Assembly (NCBI RefSeq): GCF_000143415.4
Contig: NW_003314306.1
Span: 590,897-654,896, forward strand
From: Selaginella moellendorffii
Taxonomy: Eukaryota; Plantae; Lycopodiophyta
Direction: 5' to 3'
Length of the DNA stretch: 64,000 nt
The stretch's first letter is position 1, and every line of letters starts with the position of its first letter. Below the pieces are notes generated by a model that saw only the letters and a program-made list of their open reading frames with translations, ran no database searches and was not told where the DNA came from. A program made the translations under genes and the position numbers. Shown here one piece after another: positions 25,520-36,800 of this stretch.

Positions 25520-25693
25520 TGTGAGTGCATGGAATATGGAAAGGGAATACAGAAATGTGCATATCAATTAGCCCAAAAACCCTAGCTTATATACAAGAGT
25601 GAGTGGTCCGGATTGAAACCAATCCGACGGCTACCAAAATCCACTACGCTAATATTAGTATACGGCATCGTAGCCGTACACTTGGCCCTCACA
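25520..25693 (-). repeat. 5' LTR (174 bp)
   Basis: Repeat of 20690-20863; followed on the minus strand by PBS-like TAGTGGAGGTGAGGGG. Confidence 0.97.
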
Positions 25694-26661
25694 GCTCTAA
25701 AATAGTTTCATATTCCACATCTTGTAACAAAGGCAACCTATAAAAAAGTTTAGATAGAAAAACATTAATAAACTCCATAAGTATTTCCCATATTATTATT
25801 TCTCCCTCATGTGTTTTCATTTTTTAAGTCATGGAAAAATACAATGTTAAATTTCACCTCCAAGCTACATATATTTGGCACCACTATACTTTAGCAAGAT
25901 ATGTTTAATATTCTATTTTTATCTCTGAATCCACTGTAATAAAATATTTTATAGTGATTTGATAGATGAAATTTGAAACATATATAAACATGTTAAACCA
26001 CAAAACTTAATCCATTTAGTGGTCTAAAATTTAAAAAACCATGTATTGTTCACATTCATAAAGATTTTCTGGATTATGTTTACATTTTTCTCTTCCAACT
26101 TTTGTTTTGCTATTTGTACATAACTATTATATTCCAAGTTTATCTCAGAGCTTTTATAAACCTGATCGAAGTTCAAGCAGTCGGCAATTAACTTGAAGCC
26201 CACCAATCTATCATTCTTGCACGAGTTCCTATAGGTCAGATTCCCGCAAAAGTACTCACGTATTCATTCAAGCTAATCGAAGCTTTTTCCGGCCCTTTGC
26301 AGTCGGCATACAGCATCCCACTTTCATATGACAAATCATTGCAAGTTTCAAGCAAATTGTCACAACACTGCAGTGTCATAAGCTAGTGATCAGTTTCCAA
26401 ATTACTTACCAAGCTGCTCTTCCAAAATACCGGTACCATGCTTAGAAATAGATAGAACCACACTGCCATGCTACAGAGCTTCAAATGTAAGAAGTTAGAG
26501 AACCCAATCCAGTATATGAAAGTTACAAGGACAAAACAGCAGCCATGAATGCCAAATTATGATTCCTTTCGTGATTTTCGAGACCAAAGAACTTCCAGAG
26601 CTGAGTAGATTTTACCTCGAGAATTTAGAGAGCACAAACAATGACAACAATGACAGGTCGA

Positions 26662-27032
26662 TCAACCAGTCTTTTTTTGCGTGCTCTCCTGTCCTTGATC
26701 CACAGGAACATTGTGTCTCATCACGAATGGAGGCCGGCATTTCTTCGCCAAGATCTCATTCTGGATCCTCTCCATGTACATCTCCAAAGTCTCCACTTCC
26801 ACAAGCCTCTTCACCTGCAAAGAATTCACAAAATAAACTTCCATTGGCCAAAGAATGTAGCTACCTGCTCGATGAGCCCCAAAACAGTGGGCGTGTTCTT
26901 CACCACCACCGAATGCCCTCGCTTTGGAATCCCCAGCGTCTTCACCAGCGCCGTTCTGTGCTTCTGCTTCGTCCCCGGCAGGCCACGGACGAGCTTCACA
27001 ACCAAATGCGTGGTCCATGCCGGCTTGCTCAT
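26662..27032 (-). CDS. Organellar (probably mitochondrial) ribosomal protein uL30, 2 exons
   Basis: MSKPAWTTHLVVKLVRGLPGTKQKHRTALVKTLG...VVVKNTPTVLGLIEQ, intron 26864-26815, then VKRLVEVET...RPPFVMRH; bacterial-type L30 signature. Confidence 0.9.
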
Positions 27033-27096
27033 CGCGCACAATCCCAGAACCTCGAATCGATCGAATCGAAGACGCGAATCGAGAGAAAATACTGTA

Positions 27097-27106
27097 AAAC
27101 CCTAAA
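27097..27106. promoter_or_regulatory. Telo-box AAACCCTAAA upstream of uL30
   Basis: Exact motif about 65 bp upstream of the ATG with a second partial copy beside it; telo-boxes are typical of plant ribosomal-protein promoters. Confidence 0.6.
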
Positions 27107-27371
27107 CGAAGAACCCTAAAATAAGACCCCTGTTTTAGGGCTCTTCCGCAATTTCCGGGACAAAGTAACTTCGAGTTTATATAGCCTTTAGACTTTACAG
27201 AAAGCTCTACCTTTATAAGCTACCTATAGCTCTCTCTTTCCATCTTTTTTTTCCCTTCTATATAGTGCTCTGGGACCACTGAATGTTTGCCCTGCGTGGT
27301 GCCTTCTGTGAGAACTTTTGGATCGATCTAGCTGGTGTTCTTCATCATCGAAACTCTTCTCGACCCTTTCT

Positions 27372-28799
27372 CTAGTGCTGCGTCCACTGGATGCTCTTGA
27401 GATCCACCCCGTCCTTGACCATCTCCCACAGCGGGCTCATCTCCCGCAGCTTCTCCACCTGCGTCACCGTCAGCTCGATCGCCCTGTCGATCTCCTCCAC
27501 CGTCGTGAACCTCCCGATCCCAAACCGGATCGAAGTGTGAGCCATGTCCTCGTCCACCCCGAGAGCTCGCAGCACATAAGATGGCTCCAAACTCGCGCTC
27601 GTACACGCGCTGCCGCTCGACACCGCCACCTCCTTCAAGCCCATGAGCAAGCTCTCGCCCTCCACGCACGCGAACGAGAGATTCAAGTTCCCGGCGTAGC
27701 GGTGCTCCATGCTGCCGTTCACCACCACCGCCTGGAGCTTCGCCGTGAGACCATCGTAGAGCCGCTTCTGCAAGGCCTTGATGTGCTCCTCGTCGTAAGC
27801 CATCTCCTTGAGAGCTATGTCGCAAGCAGCTCCCATCCCCACCGCCAGCGGCGTCGCCACCGTGCCACTGCGAATCCCCCGCTCCTGTCCGCCACCGCTC
27901 ATCTGTGCTTCCACTCTCACCCTCGGCCTCCTCCGGAGATAGAGCGCTCCCACGCCTTTGGGCCCGTAGATCTTGTGACCACTCAGCGACATGAGGTCGA
28001 TCTTCATGTCGTTCACGTTGATCGGGATCTTCCCGGCGGCCTGAGCTCCATCGGTATGGAAGAAGACTTTGTGCTCGCGGCAGAGCTTCCCAATCTCCTC
28101 CACCGGCTGGACGACGCCGATCTCGTTGTTGACGGTCATGACCGAGACGATGGCGGTGTCGGGCCGGATGGCGGCCTTGAGCTCGCCCAGATCGATCAGC
28201 CCATCTTTCTTCACCGGGAGATAAGTTACCTCGAATCCCTCCTGCTGGAGGTGGCGGCACGAATCCAGCACGCACTTGTGCTCGGTCTGGGTGGTGATGG
28301 CGTGCTTCTTCTTCTCCCGGTAGAAGTGCATCACTCCCTTGAGCGCGATGTTGTTGGACTCGGTTGCCCCGGACGTGAAGATGATCTCTTTCGCGTCGGC
28401 GCCGATGAGCGCCGCCACTTGCTCGCGCGCCTTCTCCACCGCCTCGTCGCTCTCCCACCCATAGAGATGCGTTCTCGAGTGTGGATTGCCAAACTGGTGG
28501 AGATAGTAGGGGATCATCGCGTCAAGAACTCTCGGATCCACCGGCGATGTCGCTTGCATATCCAGATAGAGCGGCCGCCCGGCAATCCTCACCCCCTTCA
28601 TCTTCACTCCATCTTCGTCCGTGGAATCGTCGATTGGGGAGGCCGCCGCTGCCGCGGCTGTGGATTGAGACCTACCGCCATAGCCGCTACTCAAGAACAA
28701 GGCGCCAGGAGGAGAAGTGGTGGATTCTAGCGGCGATGAGTAGCTGAGAGCACTCCTCCGCCACGCCGCCACTGCCGATCTTGCCGCAAAACGCTTCAT
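27372..28799 (-). CDS. NFS1: Mitochondrial cysteine desulfurase, intronless
   Basis: [37 protein letters not shown] motif, [17 protein letters not shown] catalytic loop, C-terminal IQWTQH; Arg/Ser-rich presequence. Confidence 0.98.
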   Translation of the reverse strand: MKRFAARSAVAAWRRSALSYSSPLESTTSPPGALFLSSGYGGRSQSTAAAAAASPIDDSTDEDGVKMKGVRIAGRPLYLDMQATSPVDPRVLDAMIPYYLHQFGNPHSRTHLYGWESDEAVEKAREQVAALIGADAKEIIFTSGATESNNIALKGVMHFYREKKKHAITTQTEHKCVLDSCRHLQQEGFEVTYLPVKKDGLIDLGELKAAIRPDTAIVSVMTVNNEIGVVQPVEEIGKLCREHKVFFHTDGAQAAGKIPINVNDMKIDLMSLSGHKIYGPKGVGALYLRRRPRVRVEAQMSGGGQERGIRSGTVATPLAVGMGAACDIALKEMAYDEEHIKALQKRLYDGLTAKLQAVVVNGSMEHRYAGNLNLSFACVEGESLLMGLKEVAVSSGSACTSASLEPSYVLRALGVDEDMAHTSIRFGIGRFTTVEEIDRAIELTVTQVEKLREMSPLWEMVKDGVDLKSIQWTQH

Positions 28800-28930
28800 C
28801 GCGCGCTCTACAATCCCTAGGTCACATTATTGTAAAGGATAAAGGAAGAATCTACTAGGGAGAGAATATGCTATTTCATTCAGAGTATATTCTTTTCTTC
28901 CACGCAAGCCCTAAGTTTGATATTCTTCTC

Positions 28931-30290
28931 ATGGCTCATGGCTTATGCTGCGCCTGGCGGGAATGTCGCTCGTCGCTAGGGCATTGGAGCTCGCCGATGG
29001 GCCGGAGCGATGCGAGGAAGGGAGCTAGGAGGGGATTGCTGCTGGGAGCATCGATTTTCTTTACAGGGTTATGCGCCGTGGAGAGGCGGACAGCGCTCGC
29101 CTGGTTTCCGGCCAAGATCGATGCCGCCAGGGCTCCACAGCACCCGTTTGATGCTGCCGATCAGAGGCTCAGGAATGCCGCCATGACATTCGAGCAGGCG
29201 CTTCGATCGAGCACTGTGAGTCGTGAAACTAGTTTTTTCGTTTTGTGATTGAGTGTAATGGTCTTTAAGGTTGAAGAAGAGGAGAGGCTGTGGACGAAAG
29301 TGATTGATAGCTGTGAAGGCGTGGATGCCGAATGGGTTCCTGATATTTTATCTCGGGCTTACGGCAATAGAGGAAATTCACGCAGCAGACAGGCATTCTT
29401 CTCAAATATTCTTGAATCAAGCCCAGTGTTTTTATACATTTTTTTTCCTTTTCTGCAGGGAAAAATCCAGGAAGCTCTCGCAGATTATGATCGCTCCATA
29501 CTTCTGGCTCCGTGAGTAACTCTTGCTTAAGATTGGCAAGTATGACTACTCTACGTTGATTAGATACGCGGTGGATCCTGTGTTGAACCGAGGAGTAGCG
29601 TTGGAAAGTCTGCGCATGTTTGAGAAAGCCACGGCAGACTACATAGCTGTTCTTCAGAGTCAACCAGATGATCCCGCTGCATGGAATAATCTTGGAAATG
29701 TTCAGGTGCCTCTTCTTTCTTTGTTTTGAATTTCTTCATTGAGTTCAAGTTCACGTGATATTTCTGTAGGGAGCTCTTGGCCGCTGGAGCGAAGCTCTTA
29801 AGTGTTATGGAAAGGCCACTAAGCTCTCCCCTCAATATGCGTTTGCTGCTGGAAACTATGCGTTGGTTAGTGTCATGCTGCATTGGAAATTTTATGTGCT
29901 GTTTACTACTTTCAGGCTCTCTATCAAACAGGCCGAGAAAATGAAGCAATCAGACAATTTCGATCTCTTTTGAGAAAGTATCCGGAGGTCAGTTCAAGAA
30001 CATCTTTTGTAACTTTCTGATAACAACTTCTGATCGACGACAGTTTCCAGATATAAGAGCAGCACTAGCTGTTTCATTGTACGCACAGGGCTCAAGAGCA
30101 GAAGCGGAAACCAACTGGTCGCGGCTTGAGGTCAGAGTCTAATGGCTTTGGAACCAAACGTTAACTTTATTTTCTAACCTTTCAGGATGGACGCTACAAG
30201 GATCGAAGCTGGATTCGAAATACTCGCAGATGGCCGCCCAAGCTTGCAGATGCTTTGGATGCCTTTCTAGAGATACGGGTGCCAGTTTAA
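28931..30290 (+). CDS. TPR-repeat protein, probably chloroplast/thylakoid targeted (multi-exon)
   Basis: Exons encode AYGNRGNSRSRQGKIQEALADY, DPVLNRGVALESL, DPAAWNNLGNV, FAAGNYALALYQ, FPDIRAALAV, DGRYKDRSWIRNTRRWPPKL; RRGLLLG twin-Arg-like motif; stop at 30288-30290. Confidence 0.85.
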
Positions 30291-30460
30291 GCAGGAATCA
30301 TGTTCTTGACGAAAACAAACTTATAAAGGTCGGATTCTTCAATGGTTTTCATTGCGGCAGATTTACATATATTAACAGTTGTGTTCTGCAGAGCTGGAAA
30401 AGTTGGAAGAATTATCTATGAAGTTAAGTAGGATAATACGTCGAAGCTATGTCGGGAGCT

Positions 30461-33400
30461 CTATCTGATGAGGCTGTAGGCCAACTCTTCAACAAGGCTA
30501 TTGAAAATACTTCCTTCAACCTCGGCACCAATCTTTCGCAAGTCGTTGCTGGTGTCCATCCACTGATCGCTTATATTCACGTCTCTCTCCACCAAGTTCT
30601 CGAGGGAGTAGTCGACGGTGTCATATTCGTGGCGGTACAGGGAGATCGCCTTGTCGATTTCGTGTAGCAAGTATTTCCCCGAAGGAATGGGCCTGATTCC
30701 TTCCTTTCCTGTGGTAAGTGATGGACGGTCATCCCACAGGTGCTGAAACTTCTGGGACAGGACCTCGTTGACAACGTCGAACAGCATCTGCCTGTGCAAC
30801 GTCTCCGGACGTCTTTGTACCTGGGTAAAGGTTCTGCCAATCTTGAGCTTTCTCTGACTTCTGGAACTTCTTCTCTTTCCAGGTTGACAGGGTGACGGTT
30901 CCTCAGAACAGACGTAGTCCTCCTCGAGCTTGGCAAAGAGATATGGATCGATGGGATAAGTAGGGGAGTGCCAGGCGAATAACGAGCCGAGGGAGTTTGA
31001 GAAGCCTGAGGCGTGGATGAGCTTGGAAATGTATAGGTGGTCTTGGCTGGTCGGGGAGCAGTGTCGACTTCTGAGGGGTGCCAAGGATGAAAGATCAGCT
31101 TTTGCAGCCGCCGGGGAACTAGCAGGAACAAATTCTTGTTTTTCGGTCGTCGCAAGGTGTCCGACGTTTTGAGTTCTTCCAGACTCGTCCAACTTGAGAC
31201 GTTCAAGACGCATTTGAAGTTCTGCAAAGCGAAGCGATGGCTGCTCAGTATGGAACTATCAAGGCTAAGAGGCCGAGGATTTACCTTGCAAGTCGGAACT
31301 GGCATCTTCGAAGCTTACAGGACTGGGACTTTCTTCGATGAACCCCCTCTCCAAGACGGAAACAGGACTTGGTTGCTCAGACTTCTCTGTATGGATATCG
31401 GAGGACGTCTCGAGATGGTCCAGACCTCCAGTAATATCGAGGGACAGGAACCTTGGGGACTGATCGAACTGAGCAAAGTAACTCTCGTCAGTGGAGGAAG
31501 GATGAATGGCAACGGCAGTTCTTACCTTGTCGGAATTGCAACGTTCGTAGGAGCCGGCGAGCTGGGCCTCCGTTTCTCTGAAAGTCCGGATGTAGTGGTC
31601 TTCGAAGGCAGAGGAGACCGAGTGTTCGATCGTCCTGCATGCCACCTGTTGCTTCTCTGGGGACGGCTTGACGAGTTCTGATGTGTCCGAAGGTGTCCGG
31701 GTGTGGCTCTTCTTCTTTCCCAGCAGGCTGCTCTTGAGACTCGAGAATTTTCCTTTGGGAGTCGAAGCTGTCGAAGTGCTACTGCTGGCATTATCCGGGA
31801 TCGATGAACGGCTGCTACTGCAGGAATGTGTTCGCTCGAGAACTTCGGCTGGCCCCGGACTTTGCTCCTCCACAAGACTGGAAACTGACTTCGACCTTAC
31901 CAACAGCCTTGGAGAGTCATCGGACGCAGATTTCTGGGCATTGTCTCTACTGAAGAGCTTCAACAGCTTACCACCTTTGTGCTTCTTCGGCTGTTCATAT
32001 TCCTGCTGCTTAGCTGCCGGTACGATCTCAATCTGGATGCTGACTGACGAATCCCTGGACGACTCATCATCGGACTGATTCGCCTCGGCGGCCAGCTTAA
32101 GCTTTTGCATGAGCTGCTTTCGTCCTTCTTTGCTGCTGACGTTGGCGGCGGGCGCTTTGTCCCTGTTGCTCAGCTTTGGCGAGCTCGGCAAGCTTGCGGT
32201 GGATTGATAAACTTGGTAGTCCTTCGGATATCTTCTCGAGGATGGTTCCGATCCTTCGCCACCTCCGACTGCCATCTCAATTCCATCGAAGCTCCAAGTT
32301 GAAGCTGCTGCCCGTGATCGAGCTTTACTGTCCGCCTTCGAGTTCTTCTGCTCCAGCTCTTTGGTGACGTTCTCTCGAACTTGTCTGGCGATCTGCCTGG
32401 CCATCTCCCGTGGGTCGGTGGTCGACGCGCTGACATTCTTCAAGCAGCGGCTCTTCTTCACGCCGTCTTCTGCAAGCTCCATTGAACGTGGAGTGGTGGG
32501 AGTCCGTGCTGGAGTGCCGTTCGGTTTCGCGTTGGGCTTGAGGAGGATGATCTTGCTATCGTCTTGAACTTGGCTCCTTTCGATGCTGCCTTTTCTCTGC
32601 TGCTTCTGGACGACTTGCTTCTTTGCGCTACTACCCCTGGTAAGCTCGCGATCTTTTTTGGGTTCTACCAACTTCCTGGAGAATCCAATGTTGTCTTGCT
32701 GCTGTGTGACGATTTCTTTAGGTGTTCTGTGCAGAGACCTTGATTTGTTCCTCGCTTCTTCTTCCGCCGCTGCTTCTTTTGTGGCCAAGGCCTGTAAGTC
32801 ATATACGTGCCTTGCGAAAACAGAGTTTGGTTCTTGAAGAAATTTGACCAGAAACTCTTTGTTGGATTGCAGGAACTGGATGGCGTCAAGCATCTCCTTC
32901 GGCTCCCCGGGTTGACGCTTGGTGTTCGTGACTGCTTCCAAGAGTTTCTCAGGGACCGAAATGCCAGAATTGCCGACTTTTGCAGCTCTCTGCTTCATCT
33001 GAAGCGAGGAGAATTGCTCTTCCATCTGTGACTTTCGGTGCCGCTGGGCCTGGAACTCTTGCTTCAGTTTCTCGAGCTGCTTCTCCTGTGGATGATCGCG
33101 AAACGGCAGCACGTCAAAGAGAAGAAACTCGTCCTGCTCTGTTCTTGGAGGCCATTCCTTGAGCTTGGAATTGCCGTTGCAGCTGAGTTGCCTTGTCAAC
33201 TGCTGGTGCCTCACTTGTTCATGGCTGCCGCTGTAGCGCTCCTTGGTGCTTCTGCTGGTGAGAAGGCTACGTCTTTCTGACGAAAGAAGTTGCAACTCCT
33301 CTTGTGAGTTTTGCCTTGAAGTTGCTTGCCGTTTTAACTGAGGGAGTGGCTGTTCCGCAGGAAGCGTGTCCAAGCCCATCAGTCTGGCAATTACACTCGG

Positions 33401-33865
33401 CGAGCGGCATCTGCTGTCCATGCTTGCGGCTGATGGATTTGGGACGGAAACTCGGGGTGGTGCCTTGTCCGTGGATTTTCTCAGCGCAAACTCGAATCCA
33501 AACTGCCGATTGAAGACAAAAGGTTAGAACTATACCGCTCCCTTGAACTGTCACTACTTACCGGAATTTCATCGCTCGGTCCAGACGCTGGTACATGGTT
33601 TTGCCTCATACTCTCGAATGCTGCACTGGAAATGTCCAAGCTATTCCTGGGAGCTTCAAAACCTGCAAAAAAACACACCTTTGAGCTCGGTCCAAGAGGA
33701 GCAACGATGAACAATTCTACCTTCGGAAAATTTCCGCTCGGAGAGCGATTTCCTCGCTACGACGACAGGGGTTGTGTCCTCGGATTCCGGTGCTCCGTTC
33801 CAGATTCCGTTGAAGCAGCCAGGGACATCATGGTAAGCGGGAGCTGGCTTGGACTTCCTTCCCAT
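30461..33865 (-). CDS. TON1-recruiting-motif (TRM)/LONGIFOLIA-like protein
   Basis: PGCFNGIW N-terminal motif, SPSVIARLMGLDTLP (VARLMGL), EQPSPVSVLE, RQMLFDVVNEVL and IGAEVEGSIFNSLVEEL (DUF4378-type end); several short introns. Confidence 0.9.
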
Positions 33866-36800
33866 GACTCACACCTCTATACTGCTTTTCTCTAGGCCGA
33901 AAACGTTCGAAATTTTCAAGGATTCTGGGACACTCCCTATAGCTGCATTGTTATAGAGCACTACAGAGCAAGCAATGCTGCCGTTGTCGGTGACTCTAGC
34001 ACAGGAAAGGAAGCTCGATCAAGTCAATGCTAGCACTGTTGCATTGAAAGGTACCACTGCCTCCTAGTCTATGAATTTCTCTCCTAAGGGCTTTGATCTG
34101 CGCAGGCTCGGAGAAGATAAGCATCGACAAGCAATTGCGCTGGAGAAGAAGTATAGCAGGCTAGCAGCGCGAGGGGTGAAGTGCAGAGAAAGAAAAGGCG
34201 GAAGAACAGAGCTTGTTCTTCACGATAAGAGCGGTCCTCGGTACTTCAAGAGCCTCGTTAAGGTCTGGTCGAGAGCACCCCTTTAGAGAGGACTGCAATT
34301 GATTTAATCACTGGGAATGGTCCTTGCTTAGATTATCATAACAAATCGTATCCTCTGTGCAGAGGACAGTGAGAGGTCGGTGGTCTCCTTTCTTCTTCGA
34401 CGCGTAACCAAGACGTACCGAGGTAACCTTTGCTCCAAGTTTCCTTCTCCGTGTTAGTTATCAAGCTAAAGCATTGTTTTAGATGGATTTGATAAGCACA
34501 GATCGCTCAAGGCTGGGATGGGCGATCGTGGTCATCATCATAACAACGAGCAGGTATTTTAAAAAAATCATGTCATAGTATTCCCAATGGCCGTACGCTA
34601 TGGTGAATGTACGCAGGGAGAATATTCGCAACTTGCGAAGTCGAGAAGAACTTAGAACTTAAGAACTTACTATGCGTAAAAGCTTTCCATGGTGCTTGAG
34701 CTTTCAAAGGTTTGCTTTGTTTTCTCGCTACTTTTTTTTATCCTAATTTTTCTTTTTCTTGTTTTCTTTCTAGAGGGGAGGGAGCTTCTTTAACTGCCTT
34801 CTGCTCCTCCCATAAAGTGGGAGCTGAAATTTTTTGAACTCGCTTCATTCATTCGGTCGATTGATGCTCTCTGCGGGATTTAATGTGTCGAGTTTTTTGA
34901 GTTTGAACGATCCGATGCAAAAATGTCGCCTACGCGCAAACGTGGATTGATTGATGGATGGACTCTGATTGATTGATTTAGATTCAAACAAACTCCACAC
35001 GACTCGGTTAGGATTGTCAGCCAACATGATGCTAATTCCCTGCTGCGCCTGCGATCGTCTTCACTTGATAGCGTAGCAAGTTAGAGGCTTCTATCAAGTT
35101 AGAGGGCTATGAATTGTTTATCATATTGATTAACAACTGTTTATAAGTTTAAACAATGGTAGTGTTTGGTCGTGTGCATGTGATCTTTTGAGGAAAAAAC
35201 TCGTGCTCACCCAAAACGATTTCGTAGGTGGGATTGGAATCCTCGCTCTGGGGAAAGGAGAAGATCGAACTGCGGGCTATTCCATTTGGCCAGCCAGCTC
35301 ATGAACATTCCATAAACTAAAGAGATCTCCTCATTCTCGCCCACATGCATCCGTGATATTAGTCTTGACAAAATTATTCTTGTCAGGATTTCCCAAGCTT
35401 TATTATTCCAGAGCGAGTGGCCGTAAACAATACTAAAAAGGTGGCATACAACCGAGCAAATCATCGCAGAAGTCCAGCCCGCACAAGGCGATGTTAACGT
35501 GGGGGGAAATTACTTGTAAAACATCTCCCAGGCTCGATCGAGACATCGCGCTCCATCACATGATTATCGCTGCAATTTTTTTCTGTGATCTCTCTCCCCA
35601 TGATTGGAATTCCATCTTTAGTTTTGCTGCTAGCCTTAGTTAAGTCGCAGTCGAATCCCGTCGGCTCGCTGGCGATATTTAGTCCCGATTTTTAACTTCT
35701 GCGAGCCACGAGTTTAGAAACGCGAAAGGCTGCGAATTGCAACACATCTTCGTCCGCATTTGTTTGGAGTCACGTTTGGGGGACGCGTGATGCCTGTGTT
35801 GAAGCAGTCCATGTGTGCAACTAATGAAAAGGTGGCTAAAGAAAGTTGCTTATCCTCGCCTCCATTAAACTACGTCAACCTCAAGCCTCTCTCACATGGC
35901 AATTTGATCATCTAGCAAGCTTAACATTCCCTGTTTGAAAATCCTTAAAATGTTGGTCATCCCACCCTGAAGACTGGCTTCAAGAACGACCTTTCCATGC
36001 CCAAGGCGTCTTCCAGATTACATATTATCACCTAATCCTGTTAGAACTATAGAATTATACTAGCTTAATCACCCCCATCGCCATCCTGTCAATTCGTGAC
36101 CTCTGCTATATCCCAAAAGCAAAACCTTGGCAGGGAGAGGTCCAAAGTATATAAGCATGGCAGTTTGTAATAAATTGAATGATCTTATGCCATTTTTCTT
36201 CTCTTTTTTGTATATGGCGCCCAAGGCAGGCCAAGTCAAGAAAGCTTCTGCGCTGCGGGGCGATCTTAATATTCAAATTCCTTGTCGTCACTTTCCCTTG
36301 TTTTTACATTTCTTCAGGTTCAGGCTGGCGGACTCTGGGCTGGCTGCGGCTTCTGCCTCTCACACAAATGATTCATGCACACCCACACACCCATTGCCTT
36401 ATCTGCCTGTATGCGCCACAGCGAGATTCCCATGATTTCAAACGACAATTCAGAAGACCCATGCACATTAGCCCCACTACAGTGTAAAAACCAAAAATAC
36501 CCCAAAAAAAAACAAAGACAAGAAGTCAAATATATCGTTAATACACATTTTCAAATAAAATATATATGAGCGTGTGTATTTGGATTTGGTCCTTCAGCTG
36601 GAAGGCAAAAACAAAACGGTGTGTGCAGCTGCTGCCAATGTGTTTTTGAGTTGGTGTCTGTAAAAAACTGGTGTTTTCTGCTGTGCAAAGCTGCTTGTAA
36701 CTTACACGTTTGTTGCTTATTGGTTAGAGTGGCAGTTTCACACATTAAAGAGGTGGTGTAATTTTGTGCATATATGGTCCTTGTGTGTGGTGTGTGGTAA

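Larger units (their letters stand above)
20690..25693 (-). mobile_element. Structurally complete Ty3/gypsy LTR retrotransposon, 5004 bp, no chromodomain
   Basis: TG...CA LTRs at 20690-20863 and 25520-25693; 4-bp TSD GCTC (20686-20689, 25694-25697); PPT, PBS, gag and PR-RT-RH-INT all present. Confidence 0.97.
19300..26170 (-). mobile_element. Second decayed gypsy copy (same family as 448-4400), interrupted by the nested young element
   Basis: RT remnant in ORF 19923-20429 (FSHFEFTFMLFRLTN..FLDNILSFNKN) and RNase H remnant near 19700 match the 2460-3290 sequence; sequence right of 25697 continues the pre-RT region (matches ~2080-2150). Ends approximate. Confidence 0.8.

Noticed and set aside
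27318-28730. 470-aa antisense ORF and 376-aa alternative-frame ORF over NFS1
   Set aside because: Shadow ORFs expected from high GC3 codon usage; no recognisable motifs.
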